DNA from: the human T2T-CHM13v2.0 reference genome, Homo sapiens
Assembly: GCF_009914755.1 (NCBI RefSeq)
Contig: NC_060928.1
Reading direction: 5' to 3' (one strand)
DNA length: 64,000 nt
A program made the position numbers and the translations under genes. Of this stretch, positions 40,256-53,683 are shown one piece after another; positions within the stretch are counted from its first letter, which is position 1; each line of letters begins with the position of its first letter. The notes under the pieces were generated by a model that worked only from the letters and a program-made list of their open reading frames with translations, was not told where the DNA came from and did not search any database.

Positions 40256-42061
40256 CAGTGAAAAGAGTTAAACATTTTTTTTTAAACACTGGGTGATTGT
40301 TTTCCGAAGGTCCAGGATGCGTACTGCATTAAATGAAGACTTGAAGATTTATTAAAAATAGGAGACATATGAACTTCTAACTAGATAACCAATCACTTAA
40401 TTATAATTTGGAGTGATGTGGTTATGGTGCTTTTCCTTAATAAAAATACAAGCTATATTTATTCAACCAAAGTGAAATAGAGGGTTGATCAATTGTTTTT
40501 CAAATGTCACTCAGTAAAGAGCCATTAAAATCATCTAGTCATTATTTCATGTCTTATTCATTAGTGTTTTTTTTTTTGTCTTTGTTTTATATTTTGGACT
40601 GCATTACTCCTTTAAGCTGGAATTAGTCCCTGTGCTTGAAAGTAAAGACATTATTTTCTCCTATTTGCACATTTTCCCCAAAATCTTGTGCAACCTCCAG
40701 TTAATTGCACTCAAAATTATTGATGCTTAGGAGCTCAAAAATGCCATTGCATAAAAAAAAAAAGCCTTTCAAAACCCAGCTTGGCTTTAGAAGCTAACTT
40801 GCTGAAAAATGCTTATAGCAATGAAATATCATTATTCAGCTCTGTGAGGTGCTAGCTGGAAAGTTACAACGTCATTGCTTAAAGGGCTATATTTGTTTAT
40901 AGATGGACAGTTACAAGTGACTCTGGGGGCTGAAGTTTTGTAAAATTATACACTTATATAGGTCTCCTGTTGGCCCAGTTATGTAAATCTACAAATAGGT
41001 TTTCTTGGCACGAGGGCCACATAACTGACGATAAAACTCTGACTGTTAAACGGGATATATAATTACCAATGACCATGGTTGGATTTGGTCAGGTTTTAAT
41101 CAGTTTGCAGAATACATTAGTGGTGCTTGAAAATCTTATGAAATATAATTCCTTACACAAAAACCAATTAATTTATATTTTCTAAAGAACAAAATTAAAT
41201 GATAGTTTATCAAACATAGAATTTAAATATTGTATATTAAAAACACAACCACACACACAGACGTGAACATACAGTGTATGTTTATTATAAAGTTTTCAAA
41301 TGATCTCTAGGGAGCCAAAGCCCCTTCTGCATGTTATCAAGCTAAGAACCCTAACTTGATAGTATTCTATTAGTAGGTTTGAAAATGGCAGTGGAGGGCT
41401 AAAGGAGGTGGAAAAAAAATTGAAGTGCCAGACTTGGGCGTTAGTAGAGGTAATTTGCTGTATTCTGTCTTAATTGGGTTAGAATGTTGAAGGCTTTGAG
41501 AGAGAATTTGTTTAGAAGACAATCTGATTTTCCTGAATAGGAAAGTTTAGAAACAGTGTTTGTTACCACTATGTTAATAGAAGTGTCATATTAAGTACTA
41601 TAGGATTTTTGCATCACTGAGATTCAAGGAAAAATTCCATAACTAGTGAATCAGAAGTCTCGGCTTTTACTGAAAAATGAGGAAAAAGATTGCCATCTAA
41701 TTGGTTGTCTGGACTTATGTGGACGTTATCTAGAAAGGCCACGATAGGAAACCTGAACTACATGGTCAGACCTCAGAACTGTTTTGATCCCAAACTAATT
41801 TCCTCAAGTGAATAGTAAGAAATTGCTTTCTTATAACAATTTCAAAAGGAATGAAATGGGGGAAAGAAGTGGGTTATCAAATAAATGGCAAGTGCTCTTA
41901 TTAAAAAAAAAGACCCACAAACGACATTAGTCTCTCCAAAGAGGGTAAGAGAGGTTTGGGGAAGGGGATAAGAAAGAGGAAAAACATTATTGATCCTCAT
42001 TTTTGTCTTTCAATATTTATTTTTAGATTACTCCTGAAAAAGGTGAATATCCATATCCATT

Positions 42062-42062
<1 letters not shown>

Positions 42063-42098
<36 letters not shown>

Positions 42099-42158
42099 TG
42101 AGACGGAGTCTCGCTCTGTCTCCCAGGATGGAGTGCAGTGGCGCGATCTCGGCTCACT
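42063..42158 (-). mobile_element. Severely 5'-truncated young Alu (AluY-like)
   Basis: Long T run plus 60 bp of the Alu 3' end with most CpGs intact; TSD ccatatccatt (42051-42061, 42159-42169). Confidence 0.9.
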
Positions 42159-42589
42159 CCATATCCATTTTTAAATGGAATAAATTGCTGTATGGTGGAG
42201 GATGAGCTATTTTACAAAACATCGTAGAATAACCACCAAATAAATACATTCTTCAGTTTGGAGTCTTTTGTTTTTTCATGAGGCATTTTTTTTTTTTTCC
42301 TAATAAGTTTCGTTGCTTCACTCTAGAGGCTCTGATAAGATGCGTCATCCAACCCAGGCTTAAAAAAAATGCCTCATGAGATAACTCAAAGAAGTTATAA
42401 TGCCAGCATTCATTTACAATTGGTAGCCTTCGTTACCATTTAGAACATTTGTTGAGAAGATGAAGCTGTTATCCTTTATTTGAGAGCAAATTGAGTGAGT
42501 GTAAAGTGCCCTCTGAATATTCTGTAGGACATCCTGTTTCCTCCCTATTTCCTCACTTCATGTCCTGCAATGGTGACAGCTGTACTTAC

Positions 42590-42664
42590 ATTTAGTACCC
42601 AGGATTTCGACTTTTGTATCCAGCCTCTTCAATGATCTCTTAATTGCTGCTGTGCTTGAGTACT
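42590..42664 (-). other. Candidate 75-nt internal exon of an unidentified minus-strand transcript
   Basis: Minus strand reads gactaac (branch) gccgccctcctgtattttggcag|exon|gtaagta. Confidence 0.5.
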
Positions 42665-42850
42665 CTGCCAAAATACAGGAGGGCGGCGTTAGTCTGGGAG
42701 AGGATAGTTCCTCATGGATTCTGCTTCAGCTTGCCCAGGCTCATTAACACTCAGGGTTGTTGCTTTTGCAGCTGCTTTCCCAGTGAGGTTCCATTTAAAG
42801 CAGTTTTGAAAATATTGAGAGACACCAGAGTAACAATGAGGTTTTCTTCC

Positions 42851-43014
42851 TTTTTTTTTTTTTTTTTTCAATTTTACTTTAAGTTCTGGGATACAAGTGC
42901 AGAACTTGTAGGTTTGTTACATAGGTATACATGTACCATGGTGGTTTGCTGCACCTATCAACCCACCATCTAGGTTTTAAGCCCCACGTGCATTAGTTAT
43001 TTGTCCTAATGCTC
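42851..43014 (-). mobile_element. L1PA7/8-like 3' terminal fragment
   Basis: polyT then tactttaagttctgggatacaagtgcagaac...ttgtcctaatgctc. Confidence 0.85.
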
Positions 43015-43274
43015 ATAAAAATGTTGTTTTCTGAAAACAGATGCTACTAGTCTGTGTGGGATATTATCTCAGCATCTTATTAAAAGCAAAAAGTTGTATA
43101 AGCCCCATTGCTTTTAATAGGCAGCACTTTTCTACTAAATCTGGGAATATTGTAAGCCAAAACTAAAAATTAACAGCTCAGAATATTCTAAATATAGAAG
43201 ATAAATATTTAAGATACTAGATATGGAAGGTATTACTGATCTTAACTCTGAATGCATTTCTTATTTCTGTTCTC

Positions 43275-43410
43275 TACCCAGGTGCTGTTGTCTCTCACCT
43301 GGTTTCTCTAGTTCTTGTGTAAGTATTTTAGTGTGTGAATAGTTGTTTAAATGTTTCTGCAAGAGGATGTGCACTGGAAGGTTCTATTTCATGATCTTGA
43401 CAGTGTCACT
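43275..43410 (-). mobile_element. L1M 5' end fragment
   Basis: tctctcacctggtttctctagttctt...tcttgacagtgtcact resembles an antisense L1MA/MB 5' terminus. Confidence 0.45.
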
Positions 43411-43477
43411 GGAGCACCCTCCTGGATGCATTTCTGTATCTTCAAAAGGAATGCCGGTTAAAATGTTAATAAAGTCT

Positions 43478-43650
43478 CTGAGCAAAGTTGCCTATACATA
43501 AAATCCCAGCTACTTGAGAGACTGATGCTGGAGGATCCTTGGAGCACAGGAGTTTGAGGTTTCAGTGAGCTATGATCATGCCACTGCACTCCAACCTGGG
43601 TGACAAAGCAAGACTTCATCTCTAAAAATAAATATAAAATGAAATAAAAT
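43478..43650 (+). mobile_element. Alu right monomer (FRAM/FAM-like)
   Basis: cccagctacttgagag...agtgagctatgatcatgccactgcactcc plus A tail; approximate TSD aaaatgttaat/aaaatgtcaat. Confidence 0.8.
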
Positions 43651-43812
43651 GTCAATGAAATAATGATTAAATAATCTCTCTAATATGTGAGTTTGAATGA
43701 TGAGAAGGAACCAAAATGATATCCACATGCCAAGGAGCTTTAGTTGCTGAATGTTTAACAAACGTGGGTGTCTGGAAATTATTATTCTTGGTGGTATTAG
43801 AAACTTGGTAGA

Positions 43813-44362
43813 TGTGTGCAGCAAGTTAATATGTCAAAATGCCAGGTTGCAGCAGAGAAAGAGGTTTAATTGTGGGGCCGCTGAACAAGGAGACAAGAAG
43901 AAACCTCAAATTCATTTCTCAATGGAGCTTGCGACTAAGGTTTTTAAGAGTTTCAGAGTGGATCTAAATGTGGAGATCACTGATTGGCTGAAGAGTGCAG
44001 GGTGAAGTCATGGGGCAGGGAGATGAAAAAACCGTAGTCTCATGCTGATTCGGTTCCGTTGTGGTGGATCTTTGAACTGGTTGGTGTCAGCTGTGCCCTT
44101 GAAAGTCAGGATCTGCTTAAGCAATTCTTAAACAAAGATCTTGGGATTCTAATATGGAGATCCTATCTATCTTAAACAAAAGCCTTATGACTAATGTCAG
44201 AAATTTTATCTATAGGAACAATGGGGATGCAAATGGTCTGTATCTAGTGCTACGGGGACTTTCGGTTTCAAGGAAGTGAGTCAAAGTGCAGCCTGATTAA
44301 TGCTTAAATATAACTCAATTTATGTCCAGAATTCTTGTTAACCCTGTGAGGATGGCTTCTTC
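43813..44362 (-). mobile_element. LTR26-like ERV1 solo LTR
   Basis: Minus strand begins gaagccatcctcacagggttaacaagaattctggaca; internal ~44-bp duplication tcttaaacaaa...tatcta near 44126-44213. Confidence 0.8.
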
Positions 44363-44617
44363 AAGACCTGCTACCAAAATGCTTATTCTGGTCTCAGGCT
44401 GCAAGGAAGCAGAGGATTTAGGGAATTTGGCCTGCATATGCTCAAGGAGGTGGCTCCTTTTACAGATAGACTTAAAAACTCTTGCCCTGAAGAAAACAGC
44501 CTCTGTTTTCATGCAGACGAGATACCCAAGTGAGGGCCTCAGTGAACATCTGACAAATGCTTCTGTTAGCACAATTCATCTGGCTGACCCTGGCTGATAC
44601 TTCCAAATTTGACTTAA

Positions 44618-45402
44618 ACATATTTCATTGAATCTAAGACACCAGTGGTTCTAAGACAGAGCATTGTTTACTATGTAAGAGAAAAAATGATGACATAAAG
44701 GTAAGATTCTAGTGTCTATTATTGAGGGTTCTACAGAGAAACAGAACCAATAGGAGATAGATAGATAGACAGATAGAAGGATGAGAGGGGATTTATTAGG
44801 ATAATTGGCTCACATGATTAGGGAGACCCAGAATTCCCATGACATGCCATTTGCAAGCTGGAGACCCTGGGATGCTGGTTGCATGGCTCATTCCAAGTCC
44901 AAAGGCCTTAGAACTAGGGGAGCTGATGGTGTCATTGTTAATCAGAGACTGAAGACATGAGCACTCCAGGGAGCAGCTGGTATAAGTTCTTGATTCCAAA
45001 GGCTGGAGAGCCTGGAGTGCTGATGTCCAAGAGAAAGAGAAGAGCATTCCAGCTGCAGGGGAGGAGGGGAGAGAGAGAGAGACAGAGAGAAAGAATTGTC
45101 TTTTCTCTTCCCTTTCTATTCTATTTGGGCCTCCAGTCGATTGGATGATGCTTACCCACATCCAGTCGTCTGGGGGCCCAGATAGAATAGAAGGGCAGAT
45201 ATTTCCCACTCAGTCCATATACTCACACCAATCTCCTCTGCAACACCCTCCAAGACATACCCAGAAATAAGTTGACACCTGAAATTAATCATCACAGACT
45301 CTAAGATGCATCTTTGAATTGTCTTAAGGGTCTGTGATGTGCACATTAAGATGCACAGATTCTAAGATGCAGAGAAAACATGCATTTAAAATAGAATAAA
45401 TA
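44618..45402. mobile_element. MER104-like (Tc2) MITE split by an MLT2B LTR
   Basis: tatttcattgaatctaagac at the left end; repeated tctaagatgca motifs at the right. Confidence 0.5.
44713..45296 (-). mobile_element. MLT2B (B3/B4-like) ERVL solo LTR
   Basis: gggttctacagagaaacagaaccaataggagatagatag...gttgacacctgaaattaatcatcaca. Confidence 0.85.
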
Positions 45403-46450
45403 ATCATCTCTTCACCTGAATCCAAGTCTTTCCTAGTTGGGGACGCCTAAACTTCATCGAAGCCTTAAATAAGCCATAAGCTTATTCATTGTCTTGTGCT
45501 TTACACAGGGGGTTTTATCTTTCTCTTTCCACTTTGCCCCAGCCCTCTGTCATATACTGTAGAAATTGCATAAAATCAGGAGCTGTTACATTATGGGGGA
45601 GCCCCAGCTTTCTTTCTCTGGCCTTGCATGGTAGTATGTGGATATATGGATACAGATCATGGCAATCTTTTTTTCTCCCTTGGATATTTTTGTCTGATAA
45701 TAAAAATTGTTTTGTTCGTAAGATGTAATTAATCTTGGCAATTCTTCCTTTAGTGCCGCTGTAAGAGTTCTCTATGAGAGAGAGTACCTAGTTCTCTAGG
45801 TTTCCTGATTCAGTCTATGCTGAGGTGCAGTCCTCCCTGATGACATCTTCTGCTTCTGAACAGTTAATAGAAAAGTCCCTTCTTCCCTCTAACCAATATC
45901 ATTCATAACAATTATGCTTTGAGCCCCTTCAATGTTTCAGGCACTATTATAGGCTCTATTGAACATAACATATAGAGCATTACTGATAGGAATTACAAGA
46001 GCCAACTGTATTTGAGCAAAGACATGAAGAAAGTGAAGCAGTGGGCTATGTGGCTATCTAATGGGAGAAAGTCCCTGGGAGGGAGTAGCAAAGGAACAGT
46101 TCCATTGTGCATAGTAGAACATGCATAGTGTGTTTAAGAAACAAGGCAGCAAGGAATACGCCAGCTTGGCTGAAGTAGAACAGGAGGACAGTAGTAGGAG
46201 ATATGAGCAGAGAGATGTTGAGGAGAGGGCAGACAAATGTAAAAGACTTTGATTTTTACTCTGAATGAGATGGAAAGGCACTGAAGGAATTTATACAAAA
46301 GAGTAACATATTCTGACTTTATTTGAAATGCATATGTTAAGTCTATGTGAAGGGAGAACTTTAACATGGAAGAGTGGAAACAATGAGACCAGACAGAAGG
46401 CTAGTACAATAATAAAAGAGAGTGATGGTAGCACCTGCAAGGGTTCCAGT

Positions 46451-47203
46451 TGAGGATTAAACTCTGATTTTTTTTTTATCTTGCCCAAATTCTTATCTAA
46501 AAAGTGGTCTGGGGGTCATGCCCTACAAATCATAAATTCTCATCAGATGTGTTTTATTTAATCCTATATATCATGACTTACTTTCCAAACTGACTCTGGC
46601 ATAACATTACGAGACAAAGAAGAAAATCAAAATATTTTACATCAAAACATGTTTCTTTGCCGTATTTTGAAATGGCCCTGCAGAGCTATTCTTTGTGGGG
46701 GAAAATTTGCATCTGTAAAGACTCTCTATTAACATAGCTAGATCTTTTTCTTCCAGACCCTCCTAATCCTAAACAGATTAACTAAGATCTGAATAGGAAA
46801 CATTTGTCACCTATAGCCTCTAAGGGCAGCCACTCTAAGACTTCAAAAGAACTTTGATCTCTACAATCTTTATCTTAACCTGAACATTCCATTGTTTCTA
46901 TCTATCCCAGGTCTTTAGACAAACTCAACCAATTGCCAACCACAAAATGTTTAAATTCACCTATAGCCTAGAAGCCCCCACTTTGAGTTGTTCTGCCTTT
47001 CTGGACCAAACCAATGTAGTTCTTAAATGTATTTGATTGATGTCTCATGCCTCTCAAAATGTATAAAACCAAGCTGCGTCCCAACCACCTTGGGCACATG
47101 TTCTCAGGACTTCCTGAGGGCTGTGTCAAGGGCCATGGTCACTCATATTTGTCTTAGAATAAATCTCTTCAAATATTTCAGAGTTTGACTCTTTTCGTCG
47201 ACA
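46451..47203 (+). mobile_element. MER4E/MER4D-type ERV1 solo LTR
   Basis: tgaggattaaactctgattttttttttatcttgcccaaatt...aataaa...tttcgtcgaca; perfect 4-bp TSD cagt. Confidence 0.9.
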
Positions 47204-47421
47204 CAGTGGTGGAGATGGTAGGAAGTAGTCAGTCAGTCCTGGATATGTTTTGTATGGAAATCTGCCAGGTTAGATTGACTAAAGGGTAGGGAATGGAGTC
47301 CAGGATGACTCAGGGTGTTCGGCCTGAGTAGCCTGAACATTGAAGCTGCCATTGACTGAGATGGACAATCATGTGGGAAAAACGGTTTGAGGGGAAGAAT
47401 TAGGAGATCAGTTTTGGGCAT

Positions 47422-48294
<873 letters not shown>

Positions 48295-49449
48295 GGCATG
48301 TTAAATTGGCCTGTTTAATATTCAGGTGGAGTTTTCTGCTGTTCAATACTATGTGAAGATCCTGCAGAATCACTAATATATAGAGTGAGGTTTATTACTC
48401 TTGTTAGTCTTCCATTTGTCATTTCTCCACATTTTTGGACTGCTCAAGAGGGTGAACATGATATTGGATACCTTCTACCATGTACACAAGATTTAAGAGA
48501 GACTTCTCATGATGGCTTTGTGAACTGAAGTGAGTCATAAATACTGATTAGTTGTCTAACCTAATTATTAGTAGTATATATAATCTTGTCAATATACTTT
48601 TCTGGTATTGTTATTCTTTCCTATTTTTATCAATTATTCTAAATTATGATGATTGTCAGTTATTTAATCTACTTAGATGTGTGTAAATCTCATTCATATT
48701 TAGATATGACAGTGCATATTAATAATATGTGTTATATTACTTGAATTGCTTTATTTTTTAGAAAAGATCATGATTAATTGAATCATATGCTGTGATGTGT
48801 TCCTCTGTTACTCAGGCCTAAAGAGAGTCTTGGAACATTATGTTGTCTCCTGAGAGCTTGCTTAGTGGGAGAATCTGACTTGCAGATAATGCCAAGGGGA
48901 CAATAAAAGTCTAGCCCAGGCCCTTTAAGTAGAAGCAAATATTCTGCAGCAGATATAAAAATAATAAAATATTACCTTCATAATCAGGTAAAAAATCTAC
49001 GTAAAAATGTTAAGAGCTCATTAATATTTATGATTGCCCCATATAAGAATAAGAAAGCAGAGAATATAATAATGATATAATTTCTAAAGTCCTAATTATG
49101 AACCTGTAAACTTTTTAAGGTCACCTGTTAATCCTTAATTAAATTGTACTTTGACAACTGAGATTACTTACTTCATTAGCATTCTTGAATTTGCATATAA
49201 TTTGCATTATAAAATTTGTTGTTTTCTCAAGATTCTCTTTACTAGTTCTATTTATACTGAATGATGTAATTGCTCTTTATTTAATTCCCTTCTTAATAGC
49301 TCTAACAATTCTCATTTGGTGAAGATAAAATGTAAAAATTTAGGGAGCAAAATGACAATTAAACATAAGTACATTAAATGTGGACTATTAGATGGGACTA
49401 ATAGTTCAGGCAGGTTTGGTCTTTGGCAATAAGGGACTTTTTGTTGGAG

Positions 49450-49972
<523 letters not shown>

Positions 49973-50422
49973 TTGGAGCCCAGATGCTTCATTTTGACTT
50001 CCAAGTGTTTAGGATTCACTGAGAAAACCATCCTACTGTCAAATTTCCATCCATCTGCCTATTATCTATGCATTATTTATGCTTTCTTCAAGTGACTTTT
50101 ATTTTAATATGTATAACATCTTAGGGTAAAACATTTCATAATACATTCTTTCTGTGGAAGACTTTGGTACCTGTTTTTGTTTTTGTTTTTTTTTTAATTC
50201 ACTTCACATACCTATGGAGCATTTGCAATATGCCAGGCATGTAATACAAACTATGGATAAGTATTTTGTAGAAGGAGCAGCTAATAGTTTGTTTTTTGAA
50301 AAAGAAAAAATAGTATAAAAACATACATTTTTAAAGCAGTGGAGGAAACAGTATCTAAAGTTATAATTTTATCTTAAAATTAAATGGATTAAAATATGCT
50401 CATGAAGAACATATAGGACACT

Positions 50423-50553
50423 TTAATTATTTCGACTTTTATTTTAGGTTCAGGGAGTACACGTGCAGTTGGTTACATGGGTAAATCATATGTCACTGGG
50501 GTTTGATGTACAAATGATCTCATCACCCTAGTAGTGAGCATAGTACCTGAGAG
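50423..50553 (-). mobile_element. L1PA15/16-like 3' terminal fragment
   Basis: ttttattttaggttcagggagtacacgtgcag...gtagtgagcatagtacc. Confidence 0.8.
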
Positions 50554-51590
50554 CAATTCAACAAGCAAAAACCAAATAACCCCATTTAAGAAATGGGCAA
50601 AAGACATGAACAGATACTTCTCAAAAGAAGACATATAGGTTGCCAACAAACATGTAAAAAATGCTGAACAGCTTGCAGTTCTCTAAGTAAGAGGGAATAT
50701 AGGAGTTGAGAGAATCAAAGGAAGCCTGTGCTTTGTAGCAGTGCCTATTCACCAGAATGCTATGGTACACTGTGATATTCCAAACTCTTTGTAATTTTGA
50801 CCTCTAATGAAAAATTTTTTTTTTCAGAAAAATTATAGAAATGAATTTAAGAGGAAAGACTGAACTCAACAAGCTATGGGTGTAAAGCGAGCCACAACTT
50901 GCTTTACGAGTGAAATGTGAAGTGTAATATAAATGGAGCCAAGGAAAGATTTTGACTTAAAATAAATGCTCAACATTATTAATCATCAGATAAATACAAA
51001 TTAAAACCACAATGAAACATCATCTTACACTAGTCAGAATGGATATCATTAAAAAGACAAAAAAGTAACATATTGAGGAGGATGTGGAGAAAATGGAACT
51101 CCTAGAAACTGTTGGTGGGAATGTAACTTAGTACAACCTCCATGGAAAACAGTATGGAAATTTCTCAAAGAACTAAAAACAGAACTACCATTGACCCAGC
51201 AATCCACTAATGGGTATCTATCCAAAGGAAAGAAATCATTACATCAAAAAGATATCTGTTTATCACAGCACTATTTGCAATAATGAAGATATGGAACCAA
51301 CCTAAGTGTCCATCAATGGAAGACTGGATACAGAAAATGTAGTATATATACACAATGGAATACCATTCAGCATTAAAAAAGTGAAATCATGTCTTTTGCA
51401 ACAACATGGATGGCACTGGAGGCCATTAGATAAAACAAGCTAAACACTGAAAGCCAAATATGGCATGTTCTCACCTATAAGTGGGAGCTAAATAATGTGT
51501 ACACATGGACATAGAGTGTGAAATGATAGACAATGGAGACTCAGAAGGATGAGGTGGGGGAGGGTGGTGGATCATGAGAGATTACTTGGG
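50554..51590 (+). mobile_element. L1PB-like ORF2 end and 3'UTR, interrupted at 50671-50963
   Basis: aatgggcaaaagacatgaacagatacttctcaaaagaagacat; gaactaccattgacccagcaatcc; gacatagagtgtgaaatgatagacaatggagactc. Confidence 0.85.
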
Positions 51591-53385
51591 TACCAGCTCA
51601 CCATAGTGAGGTAGAGCACCAAGCAGCCTTCTAGGGTCCCCACTTCCAAACCTTGGCTCTGGGATGGAATTTCTGGACTGCCTTGGGCCAGAAGTAAGCC
51701 CACTGCCCTGAATGGAGAGACCCAGGCCTGGCAATATTTACCACAAGTTGACTGATGAGCCCTTTGGCCTTGAGTGAACATTGGCAGTAGCCACACAGTA
51801 CTCGCTATGGGCCTGAGGCAATGGTGGCCACAGGGAGAAACTACTGCTTGAGGAAAGGAGAGTGAAGAGTGGGAAGGTCCTTGTCTCTTGCCAGCTCAGT
51901 TATGTGAAATAGAGCACCTAGTAGATTTCTAATGTTTCTGCCTAGAGGCCCTGACTCCCAGATGGTGTTTCTGGACCTGTTGTAGGCCAGGGAGAGCTCA
52001 CTGAAGGGAAGGACACAAGTCTTGTTGGATTGGTGGCCTGCTGACTGAAAAGCCCTTGGGCCTTGAGTTAACACATGGGCCTGGGTGAGACCAAGTGATG
52101 AGCTGGCTTCAGTTCTGACACAGCAGAGTCCCAGAGGTGGTGGCCACAGGGGTGCTTGTGCCACCCCTCTCCTGCCTCCAGGCAGCTTAGCAGAGAGAGA
52201 AAGACAACATTTGTTTGGGAGACAGTAAGGGAAGAGAACAAGAAACTCTGCTTGGTAATCCAGAAAATTATCTCAGATCTTAATTAAGACCACCAAGGTG
52301 GTTCTGCAAGAGTTACATTATTACTGTGCTTGGGGTGCCCCCTAATGCAGATACAGCTTCAGGGACGAAAGACTTAGATCAGAACACTCAATTCACTTTT
52401 AATACTTGGAAGGCCTTCTCAAGGAGGATGGGCGCAAACAAACCCAGACTGTGAAGACTACAATCAGTATCTAGCTCTTCAATGCCCAGACATCAACAAA
52501 CATCCACAAGCAGCAAGACCATCTAGGAAAACATGGCCTCACCAAATTAAATAAGGCACCAGAGACCAATCCCAGAGTGACAGAGATATGTGACCTTTCA
52601 GACAGAGAATCCAAAATAGCTCTTTTGAGCAAGCTCAACAAAATTCAAGATAGCACAGTGAAGGAATTCAGACTCCTGTCACAGATTTGCAAGACAAAAA
52701 AAAAAAAAAAAAAAAAAAAGATGAAAAGAAATAAAATAAATCAAAGAAAGAAAGAAACAGAATCCTATAAGATAAATTTAACAAAGACATTGAAATAATT
52801 TTTAAAAATCAAGCAGATGTTCTGGAGCTGAAAAATTCTATTGACATACTAAAAATGTATCACAGTCTTCCAAAAGCAGAGTTGATCAAACATAAGAAAT
52901 AATAAGTGATCTTGAAGACACATTTATTTGAAAATACGCAGTCAGAAGAGACAAAATAAACAAGAATAAAGCACACCTACAAGATATAGGAAATAGCCTC
53001 AAAAAGGCAAATCTAAGAGTCATTGGCCATATAGAGGAGGTAGAAAGGGAGAGAGATCAGGGTAGAAAGTTTATTCAAGTGGATAATAAGAGAACTTCCC
53101 AAATCTAGAGAAATATATCAATATTCAAGCATAAGAAGGCTACAGTACCCAAAGCAGATTTAATCTAAGTAAGACTACATCAAGACATTTAATAATCAAA
53201 CTCCCTAAGATCAAAGATAAAGAAAGGATCTTAAGAGCAGCAGAGAAAAAAAACAAATAACATACAAAGGAGCTCCAATACAGCTGGCAGCAGACTTTTC
53301 AGTGGAAGCCTTAAAGGCCAGGAGAGAGTGGCATAACATATTTAAAATGCTGAAGGAAAAACAATCCTTTTATCCTAATTTAGTA

Positions 53386-53683
53386 GACCAGGCACGTTGG
53401 CTCATGCCTGTGATCCCAACACTTTGGGAGGCTGAGGTGTGTGGATCACCTCAGGTCAGGAGTTTGAGACCAGCCTGGCCAACATGGTGAAACCCCATCT
53501 CTACTAAAAATACAAAAAACTAGCTGGGTGTGGTGATGGACACCTGTAATCTCAGCTACTCAGGAGGCTGAGGCAGGAGAATTGCTTGAACCCAGGAGGC
53601 AGAGGTTGCAGTGAGCCAAGATTGCACCACTGCACTCCAGCCTGGCTGATGAAGCGAGACTTCTTCAGCACCCCAACAGAAAA
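53386..53683 (+). mobile_element. AluSx-like with eroded tail, inserted in L1 ORF1
   Basis: Full dimer; L1 reading resumes at agtatatccagc. Confidence 0.9.

Noticed and set aside
42644-42973. 109-aa plus-strand ORF
   Set aside because: Non-ATG start and runs through polyT into an antisense L1 fragment
50423-50670. Head-to-head L1 junction suggesting twin-priming inversion
   Set aside because: The two pieces look like different subfamilies (L1PA15/16 versus L1PB), so independent insertions are more likely
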